This document shows, one piece after another, positions 53,590 to 64,000 of a stretch of 64,000 nucleotides of DNA. A model generated the notes under the pieces. It was not told where the DNA came from and made no database searches. It was given only the letters and a program-made list of their open reading frames with translations. The stretch spans positions 1 through 64,000 of the forward strand of contig JAQGDQ010000796.1 of the NCBI GenBank assembly GCA_030141605.1, written 5' to 3'. The DNA is from Tubiluchus corallicola (taxonomy: Eukaryota; Animalia; Priapulida). The position numbers and the translations under genes are program-made. Within the stretch, counting starts at the first letter, position 1, and the number at the start of each line of letters is the position of its first letter.

Positions 53590-55515
53590 TTACAACGCGG
53601 AATACAAGTGTTACGCTTGTTGCGTTCACCAGGGCGTATCCAGGTTTACAACGCGGAATACAAGTGTTACGCTTGTTGCGTTTACCAGGGCGTATCTAGG
53701 TTTACAACGCGGAACACAAGTGTTACGCTTGTTGCGTTCACCAGGGCGTATCCAGGTTTACAACGCGGAATACAAGTGTTACGCTTGTTGCGTTCAGCAG
53801 GGCGTGTCCAGGTTTACAACGCGGAATACAAGTGTTACGCTTGTTGCGTTCAGCAGGGCGTGTCCAGGTTTACAACGCGGAATACAAGTGTTACGCTTGT
53901 TGCGTTCAGCAGGGCGTGTCCAGGTTTGCAACACGGAATACAAGTGTTACGCTTGTTGCGTTTACGAGGGCGTATCCAGGTTTACAACGCGGAATAAAGG
54001 TGTTCCGCTTGTAGCGTTTACGAGGGCGTATCCAGGTTTACAACGCGGAATACAAGTGTTACGCTTGTTGCGTTTACCAGGGCGTATCCAGGTCTACAAC
54101 GCGGAATACAAGTGTTATGCTTGTTGCGTTTACCAGGGCGTATCCAGGTCTACAGCGCGGAATACAAGTGTTACGCTTGTTGCGTTCAGCAGGGCGTATG
54201 CAGGTTTACAACGAGGAATACAAGTGTTACGCTTGTTGCGTTTACCAGGGCGTATGCAGGTTTACAACGAGGAATACAAGTGTTACGCTTGTTGCGTTTA
54301 CCAGGGCGTGTGCAGGTTTACAACGAGGAATACAAGTGTTACGCTTGTTGCGTTTACGAGGGCGTATCCAGGTTTACAACGCGGAATAAAGGTGTTACGC
54401 TTGTTGCGTTTACCAGGGCGTATCCAGGTTTACAACGCGGAATACAAGTGTAACGCTTGTTGCGTTCAGCAGGGCGTATCCAGGTTTACAACGAGGAATA
54501 CAAGTGTTGCGCTTGTTGCGTTTATCAGGGCGTATCCAGGTCTACAACGCGGAATACAAGTGTTGTGCTTGTTGCGTTTATCAGGGCGTATGCAGGCTTA
54601 CAACGCGGAATACAAGTGTTACGCTTGTTGCGTTCAGCAGGGCGTGTGCAGGTTTACAACGCGGAATACAAGTGTTACGCTTATTGCGTTCAGCAGGGCG
54701 TATCCAGGTTTACAACGCGGAATACAAGTGTAACGCTTATTGCGTTCAGCAGGGCGTATCCAGGTTTACAACGCGGAATACAAGTGTTGTGCTTGTTGCG
54801 TTTATCAGGGCGTATGCAGGCTTACAACGAGGAATACAAGTGTTACGCTTGTTGCGTTTATCAGGGCGTATCCAGGTTTACAACGCGGAACACAAGTGTT
54901 ACGCTTGTTGCGTTTACCAGGGCGTATCCAGGTTTACAACGCGGAATACAAGTGTTACGCTTATTGCGTTCAGCAGGGCGTATCCAGGTTTACAACGCGG
55001 AATACAAGTGTAACGCTTGTTGCGTTTACCAGGGCGTATCCAGGTTTGCAACGCGGAATACAAGTGTTACGCTTGTTGCTTTGTTGCGTTCACCAGGGCG
55101 TATCCAGATCTACAACATGGAATACAAGTGTTACGCTTGTTGCGTTCACCAGGGCGTATCCAGGTTTACAGCGCGGAATACAAGTGTTACGCTTGTTGCG
55201 TTCACCAGGGCGTATCCAGGTTTACAATGCGGAATACAAGTGTTGCGCTTGTTGCGTTCAACAGGGCGTATCCAGGTTTACAACGCGGAAGACAAGTGAT
55301 GCGCTTGTTGCGTTCAACAGAGCGTATCAGGTTTACAACGCGGAAGACAAGTGTTACGCTTGTTGCGTTCACCAGGGCGTGTCTAGGTTTACAATGGGTA
55401 ATACAAGTGCTTCACTTGTTGCGTTCAAGAGGGGCGTATCCAGGTTTATAATTTGGAATAAAAGTGTTACGCTTGTTGCGTTCATGAGGGCATATCCAGA
55501 TTAAAACGTGGAATA
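53590..55515. repeat. CpG-rich minisatellite, 56-bp unit, ~34 copies
   Basis: Unit TACAACGCGGAATACAAGTGTTACGCTTGTTGCGTTTACCAGGGCGTATCCAGGTT. Confidence 0.97.
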
Positions 55516-55959
55516 AAGTTAATAAATTAACTTTTCATCCTGCTGCTTAAATGAAGTTCTGGCACAAGACTTCATAGTCAGGACAAGCAAACATTACAAT
55601 CAATATGCGATCAAAACTGAATTAGACAAAATTTAAAAATTTAAAATATTTATAAAGAAAGTCAGCGAATTACTTATAAATAGTCATTAGTTAGAATGTA
55701 TTTTATTTTCCTTTATCTGTATCAACTTTTATAACCATTTTTATGTAACATGAATTAGGATGTTCTTTATTTTTATAATGATATTTATATATTTCTCACT
55801 TCGATTAACTGTAAACTGTGCAAAGAAAAAACCTCATTTATGGGAACTGCACGTGTAATGTAATAAAAAAAGATGGCGTGTGCAAGGTTTAAACGTGAAA
55901 TACGTATCGATATCTGCTTAGACTAGTCTCTGTTGCTGGAAGAAACGGACTTTAAAATT

Positions 55960-56185
55960 GGAATTACAGTGTTTTGTGACTTCACGAAGGCCTTTTGGGG
56001 AACATTTTAATAATTAAATTAGCCCAAGCAGTTGTACCAGACAGGCTTTTCAGACAGATTTGTTTATTTCTGAAAAATAGGCATGATTAAAGTCCGTATC
56101 GAAAATTTGTGCCGTGAGGGTGTACCGCAGGGATTTGTCCTGTCACCACCATTGTTTATACTATATGTGTCAGACATGTTTAGTG
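55960..56185 (+). mobile_element. Degraded non-LTR reverse transcriptase fragment
   Basis: VFCDFTKAF (~55969-55995) and EGVPQGFVLSPPLFILYVSDM (~56116-56180) are RT motifs; the frame is broken between them. Confidence 0.7.
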
Positions 56186-56579
56186 AAACCGACGCAAACA
56201 GAAATGTTTTTTTAGCTTAAATTTTCTTATAATGGAACAATTTATGTACGTGTTTGATCCATATTTGGTATATTATACGTATATGCAAATACTATTAACG
56301 ATTGTTGTGAATTTTCTCTGATTTCATGTGTTAAACACTCTTTCAACTTTGATTAAACAAAACAGAATGTTTTCGACGTTGATCAAAATGCCAGTCTAGC
56401 CCAAAAAGAGATAAACTGAATGTACGTAAAAACGGCACAAGTGAAAACGGCACAGGTAAAAATGCACAGGCACAAAATGGCATGGCACAAATAGCACTGG
56501 AAAAAATGGCACAGAAAAAACGACACAAATAAAAAATTTGTAAAATGGCACAGGTGAAAATGGTACACTTAGTAAAATA

Positions 56580-56870
56580 TGGGTTGGAGGGGGTAATTAT
56601 TTTAACATCTGCTACAGAAGTTGTTGTTCAACACAGTTTGTTTGTTTGTTTGTTTGTTTGGTTGGTTGGTTGCTTTATATCTGTTATAGCAGTAAGCTCA
56701 TTACGAAAAAAATTACCTGAACATATTTCAAAAAAATTGTTCCACGACATTTGTCGGGTGTAGGGTGCCAAAATGGGTGTTTTTCCGCCGGTTCTTTTTC
56801 CTGCAAAACATGACCGAACGCCACGTACAAAAACATTTGTGAAGCACTACGTGAACTTTTTTCCTTTTGC
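56580..56870 (+). mobile_element. Possible Helentron-associated (HINE/DINE-like) element fragment
   Basis: GGAGGGGGTAATTATTTT, then (GTTT)n, then a TAAGCTCA...AAAATTACCTGAACATATTTCAAAAAAATT block. The layout resembles such elements. Confidence 0.35.
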
Positions 56871-56872
56871 TT

Positions 56873-57601
<729 letters not shown>

Positions 57602-59651
57602 CTCACTCCTCACCTTATTCTAACCATACTTAGTTCTTGCTACACATACCGCATTGCCATCAACATTTCTGATGCTGCTGAATTTAACTCTTGCCTTTCA
57701 TAAATGCACACTATAATGGCAAAATGCCAATTTGAAACTTTCGTAATTGAATGGCGTTAATGACAGTTTATTTCAGAAAACTTGTTTAGCACAAAATACC
57801 ATATAAGTACGCGATAAACACGAAGCAATGATTAAGTAATCAGACTTTTTCTAATCATAACTTTATTATACAGGAAACCTAAATCGTTTCTTAATAACAT
57901 TTTGTAATAACTTATTGAAACATTAGCTTCACATTTATAAATAGGTACGTATTTGATAACCAGTTTCCCAATCCCCACTCGGTTCTCTCACCTTAATGCT
58001 AAACTTTGAGAAATGCGTAGGAGTAATTCAACAGCGCAAGATACGAATTAAGTTCAGGGAGCGTTTGCTTCGATATATTTTGGGAAGGAAGGTCTTTTCC
58101 CATGCGTACTGGATTTTTCCCGGAAGTGAAGAACCCCTACTAAACTCTCTTGCGATACGCGCAAGTTATTGTGGGATATTTTAATCAACTGCTTGAATTA
58201 TACTTTGCAGTTTTCTCCGAGCCTAATTAAAAACTGGCGCAATTTCAATCAAATGTGTGACTTAATTACGCATGTAGCCTGATTATTAGTTAAATACCAA
58301 GAATGGAAAATATTTCCAAAGACGATGATTTAAAGCACAAGAAAACCCTCCACTTGCATAAAGCTTAAAAATTCGTCTTGAAATTTTGTACCACTTTAAG
58401 CAGGGCTTCCGCCGGCAGTAACGCTGTATCAAGCTTATTAAAGGACCTAGTAAATTTAGCCCCTGCTATGAGAATTCGTAGCGCACATGTTACTAATTAA
58501 GTAAAATTTTAAATTACTGTATCTTGTCAATAAGATTAAAATACGTTTTTGGCTAGCGAGTGGCGCACCCTGGAGGGTGAGTCAGCGACATTTTACCAGT
58601 TGGTACAAACTTTTTAAATCATTATTTCTAGTTACATAAGTCTTTCAAGCAGGTAAGCGAAATGCTAAGTAATATAGATTTGCATGGAGCGTTTTTTGAG
58701 ACATAGTTTAACATTGCCTTTTCTTCCCCCTGATTTACGTTGTGCGTAGGTGACGTCATGTAATGGCGCCGTCGGAACAGTATTGTGGGAGATTTAAACT
58801 GAAAACAAACGAAATTAATGTTCTTTTCAACGCGAGTACGATATATGCATAAAATTGCTATAAAAATATAATTTTTAAGGGCGATTTTTCTGAAACCTAC
58901 TTCAGGTGCCCCCTTTTCTTGTCCTTTAAAGTTAAGTTGGATAAACATTGGACACTTTTATCCTTCCCATTTTTTCTTTTTTCTCTCTTGCTTTGCCCCC
59001 TTCCTCCTTCATTCTATTTCTCCCACTCTTTGCATTGTTTTTCTTTTTCTCTTATTCTTATTTTTATTCTGTTTTATCTTCGTCTTTTTTTATTCGTCTT
59101 TTCTTTTCTTTTTCGCCTCGTTGTTTTTTGTTCTTTGTTTTCCTTTGTTCTTGTTTTTTCTAATGTGTCAACCTCCATGTTCCTTAGTCATCTTTTATGG
59201 ATCTTCAGTTGTTGTTTTTTTTGCCTTTTACTCCTTGTTCTCGCTCTTTTGTTCTTCACTTCCTGTTTTCTTTTACTATCTTTTCTTCTCTTTATTATTT
59301 TTTCTTGTTTCTTTTCCATTACTATTTGCTTTTCTTGTTGTATTTCCTTTCCATCTTCTTTTCGCTGTACAAAAAAGTCTTTCAACAAAAGACATTATAA
59401 ACGCCCACAAGTTCAAATAGAGAAAGAAATTAAATTAAATTAAAAATACAACAAACATTTATTTCATTTACATATATATTGTATATATACACGGTATATA
59501 TTGTACATAATACAATATTGTATATATATATATATATATATATATACAAGTTTTCACAGAGGTATTGGGTAACAACGTTGTACAGTTTCTGTATTTAAAC
59601 TGTCCAAACATCTTTACCTCCGAACCAATTTGTACCCTTTTCCTGCACACC

Positions 59652-59997
59652 TGTTGTGTTTTGTTTCTCTCATAAGGCTCGTAGAGAAAACCAGAAAACA
59701 CGTCGTCAAATCAAACTAGTTTATTAAGCGAGAATTCTACAACACAAAAGTATGAAGGAACGCGAAATGTTTACAGTAAATGTGATCATCTGGAAACGTG
59801 AAAGCGAGAAAGCGTATCTGAGAATGTGAGAATACAAGAGAATGTGAGAGAATAAACTTCAGCGGCTTGTATATCAGTGCCAGGGAACAATCTAGAAATA
59901 GAAAGTTCTAGAAACTTCTACAAGGTAAGAAGATTGTTCTACTATACTATAGAACATTCTACAACGTTCTATTTAATTCTAATGGATCTCCACAACA
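59652..59997 (-). mobile_element. Solo LTR, 346 bp (Copia- or BEL/Pao-like)
   Basis: Terminal inverted TGTTGTG...CACAACA. Perfect 5-bp TSD ACACC at 59647-59651 and 59998-60002. On the - strand a TATA-like motif (~59870) precedes AATAAA (~59720). Confidence 0.88.
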
Positions 59998-60287
59998 ACA
60001 CCAATTATTTCAGAAACTAATTTGTGAGGGGAAAACGAATTCCTAAAATGAAATTAACAGCCAACGCCCACATAAACGAAGGCATGGCTTCTATTCCGAC
60101 ACAAACCTCGGCAACGTTACAAACATTTATGGTCATGTTCACGCAACGTGCTTTTAAATTACAAAAATCAACATTGCAAGAAGCAAACTAGACAGATACC
60201 AAATTTAATTGTAAACTTGTGACGTGTGACACGAAGCCAAACGAGAGAAAAATTAAAGTTATGGTGTCGCCAACATTTCGTTCTCTC

Positions 60288-60830
60288 GTCATCATGATCC
60301 AATGAATCACACGTCCAGTGACATGATTCTGCTCACCTCCCTATGCCAGGACTCCCTGCTCGCCGCAATGCCCCAAGTGCATTTATTTCTAAGGATCAAT
60401 GCTGAAGTGTTTAAATCTTTCTGTGCAAAATCTAAATATGTTAACATTTGTCCTCCTGTAGGTTTTTTAGCTGGTTCTATGGCTTGTTGAAGAGCTACCT
60501 TCACTGGAATATCAACAGGTAGTCTAAGCATATGCCCAATCCATCTTAAACGGCGTCTTTTTATTTTTCTTGTCCAAGGTTCTTCTTTTATTTTTTCATA
60601 TAGATCTTTGTTTGAAATTTTCCTTGGCCATCTAATACCCAAAATGTTTCTGTAATTTCGCCTTTGAAACGTTTCGATTTCAGCTTTATGATTTGCTTTT
60701 AATGTCCAGAGTTATACAGAAATACAGTTTCAACTAAGGCTGAGAATATTCTAATTTTTGTTTCAAAGAAATCTTGCTATTCTCAAAAACTTTTGTGGGT
60801 TTTGAGTAAGCTGATAATGCCATTATCTGA
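60288..60830 (-). mobile_element. RTE-clade LINE 3' fragment
   Basis: Encodes GIRWPRKISNKDLYEKI...IKRRRLRWIGHMLRL...SRESWHREV. Confidence 0.8.
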
Positions 60831-61471
60831 CTAAAGCCAGTGAGTGGGTAATAACAGAAACCTTCGCAGCAAACACGAACAATTATACAGTAAACGACAG
60901 CTACAGACATCGTTTACTGAATAAGAATGATACGTTTATTAACCATGACATAACTTATTTTGACCATCTAATAGACCGCCATTGACTGTAATTTGGTGCT
61001 GATTAAAGACGATTAACTTTCGTCTCTTTCGTGGGGAAAACAAAACACTTTTTCGCAATTTATTTAACCCGATTCCAGGGATGAAATATGCGTGGTGACA
61101 GCAAATTTACTCGTTTCGAATTCCACTGGGATTTAGGTAATAACGTCATTTTTATTTGGATTTCCATACCCCATAAAAGGAAATAATGCTGCGTGTGTTC
61201 CAAGCACATTCTAATCGGAATTGAAATTAAATATAAATTAAGCACGTGATCAAATCTTGCGAGGCGCTTATTTAAAGGCTATTACACTAATTTTACGAGA
61301 CACTAACTTTCTATTGCTTACAAGACGCAGTCTGTTCTAAGCTTAAAGGAAAACGGGACGATTTTTCATATAATACCCCAATTTGAAGTACAGTAAAAAA
61401 GTATACATTTTAACACGTGTACTGATGCCAAAACGTTTCTGGTAATTTAATAACAAGTTAAAAATTTAAGC

Positions 61472-61822
61472 GAGCACAGTTAGTGATGACGTCACAACTG
61501 AACATAATTTTCAACAATACATGCATTCCACGAGCACATTAAACTTGTTGAAAGCTCCGTAAATTTTAAGTTTACCGCTGTGCTCACGCATGAGCCCTTG
61601 AACGTGTGCACTGCATCATAACTGAACACCTCTGAACTGAGCACAGTTAGTGATGACAACAGAACTGAACATAATATTCAACAGTACATGACTTCCGCGA
61701 GCATATCGCACTTGTTCACGAAAGCACCGTAAATTTTAAGTTTAAAATTCAAATTCAAGTTTACCGCTGTACTCATGCATAAGCCCTCGAACGTGTGCAG
61801 TACGTCATAACTTAACACCTCT
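61472..61822. repeat. Tandem duplication, two ~165-185-bp copies
   Basis: GAGCACAGTTAGTGATGAC...AACACCTCT starts at ~61472 and ~61640. Confidence 0.85.
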
Positions 61823-63164
61823 CATATGAATGCAACGCGTTTCCGAGATGCAAACGCTAGTGCCCATCTAATTAGCAAAAGGCATAATGCACGTAACAGT
61901 GAATAAATAGCGAAAATTACGTTTTTGTGGTAATAATTCTTTCACGTAAATCATTCTTGAAAAAATAGCATATTCTGTTTCAGTGTTTTATTGTTTTGTG
62001 CTGTAGTTTAACACGGGTCCAGTTTGCCTTTAATTTCAAAAAGAAAATGCTGCAAAGGTTTGTTAATTTATTAAGGAACTGGGCGGATTTGAAACACAAA
62101 CCTTCTGTTTATATAGCACAAACATTAGACCACTGACCAAAGCATTCACCTGTGGTCAAGGCTGTCAAAAGTTTATCTACTGGTCAAACAGTTTAGCATT
62201 TTCAAATGTTACACCGCCCACACTTGAGTGATTGTAATTGTATTATTATTATTATTATTATTATTATTGTTATTATCATCATCATCATCACTACTACTGC
62301 TACAACAACAACTCCTACTACCACTCCACTGCCACTACCACTACTATTATTATTATTATTATTATTACTATTATTAATTATTATTATTATTGTTATCATC
62401 ATTATTATTGATTTAGAAACGGCAGTACAATTTCCAATTTTTTAGTAGCATGAAAAATAAGAATATTTACACATTATACAAATTAAAAAAAATAAACAAT
62501 AAATTTTAGTTTGTTCAATTTTTGCATCGAAATTCTTACTAATTGAGTCAGATTAATGAATTATAATCTTAATGTCAATGTCAGTATGGCGGACAACACA
62601 TTAATTAAGCAAACACGGCTGCATGTGATGAAAACCAGCTGTTCAAGGGAAAAATAACATTGAGTGACCTTTACAGTCTCAAAATAAATTATTTATTAAC
62701 TTCAGCTTCATCAATAGGAAATTGCAGATAAAATGTCAAAAGATATGCTCAACTGCTAAAAAAAGATTAAAAGCAAAAGTAATAATTAAACATCTTTGAT
62801 TTAAAAATAATAATTCAATAAGTTAGAGAAATAATAATATTAATAATAAGAGTGATAATAAGTTAGAGAAAGAGCAGAAACGACTGTATAGAAAAACCAA
62901 ACTTCATTATAATACAAAGAAGTTTACAAATTTCGGAGGCTTATAACCGCAAGACGAACGTAAGTGCCTGTGGTTTGTTACTGTGAGACGTAGGTAAAAC
63001 CAAACTGTTTGTGGTGGTTTACAACTAAGTAAATTACACTTGAACTTAAAAAAACAAACAAATAATCGCAAATGTGCAGAAAATTAAAGTTTTGGAGGAA
63101 AATTTAGAGTTAAAATGCTAAGTGAACCAATAGAATCAAGTTTTATTCATGTTAAGATGACAAT

Positions 63165-63637
63165 CACTCATATTTCAAATGAACAGTACCTGTGATTGCC
63201 AAGTAAGCGAGCTCTCTCATATTTCAAATGAACAATACCTGTGATTGCCAAGTAAGCGAGCTCTCTCATATTTCAAATGAACAATACCTGTGATTGCCAA
63301 GCGAGCTCTCTCATATTTCAAATGAACAGTACCTGTGATTGCCAAGTAAGCGAGCTCTCTCATATTTCAAATGAACAGTACCTGTGATTGCCAAGTAAGT
63401 GAGCTCTCTCATATTCAAATGAACAGTACCTGTGATTGCCAAGTGTGCTCTCTCATATTTCAAATGAAAAGTACCTGTGATTGCCAAGTAAGCGAGCTCT
63501 CTCATATTTCAATGAACAGTACCTGTGATTGCCAAGTAAGCGAGTTCTCTCATATTTCAATGAACAGTGCCTGTGATTGCCAAGTAAGGGAGCTCTCTCA
63601 TATTTCAAATGAACAGTGCCTGTGATTGCCAAGTAAA
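63165..63637. repeat. Minisatellite, ~49-bp unit, ~9-10 copies
   Basis: Unit TCATATTTCAAATGAACAGTACCTGTGATTGCCAAGTAAGCGAGCTCTC. Confidence 0.96.
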
Positions 63638-64000
63638 TTGATTTTTTGTGTCTAAATTTACGAGATCGTATCTAGCGCGTCATTTTTTGAACAACTATAA
63701 TTTATCATAAATAGTCTCCGGAATACTTTCCAATTTCACACCAGGCAGGAGCACCATGTTATTAGTTGAATTTTATTTTACTATAAAAATATGACCATAT
63801 TACATACTATAGCCCATATACTATAATATTTTCATGATATACTGATAAAAATGAGTATATATCTACGCGCAAACATGCAACAAGTTTAATATGATTTTTT
63901 AGATTAGTAAAACTGTCTATGCCAAAGTATTTTAGAAACTTTGTTATACATGTATCAAAGTCAGCACGTTTATTTTACCTTGATAGTCATTACTTACAAA

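Noticed and set aside
53569-55504. Long overlapping ORFs in the 56-bp array
   Set aside because: The unit is not a multiple of 3, so the same peptide cycles through all frames. Stops occur sporadically. This is a repeat artefact.
58919-59443. Hydrophobic 174-aa ORF as a membrane protein
   Set aside because: A T/C-rich low-complexity tract yields Phe/Leu/Ser in all frames; there is no ATG start or splice support.

Overview
AT-rich, repeat-dense genomic DNA from an animal, probably an invertebrate; the taxon cannot be fixed from the sequence. There are no prokaryotic features, rRNA, true tRNA or CRISPR arrays. About 80% of the listed ORFs are artefacts of microsatellites, minisatellites or transposon debris. 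The only convincing host coding sequence is a + strand cluster of three related extracellular leucine-rich-repeat (LRR)-like genes at 39.6-50.6 kb. Gene 1 is intronless, ~748 aa, with a signal peptide, three Cys-capped LRR cassettes and a GPI-signal-like tail. Gene 2 has two exons and ~270 aa, encodes a secreted single cassette, and its second exon is absent from the ORF track. Gene 3 is a single-cassette, GPI-type pseudogene broken by a LINE insertion, stops and frameshifts. Genes 1 and 2 each have an RFX X-box in the proximal promoter. A probable non-coding first exon of a - strand gene lies at ~31.1-31.3 kb. The rest is 3' ends of several LINE families, tRNA-derived SINEs, Tc1, hAT and piggyBac non-autonomous elements, a solo LTR, seven minisatellite arrays and many microsatellites. 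All alignments were made by eye and all family names are from motif recognition, not database searches.
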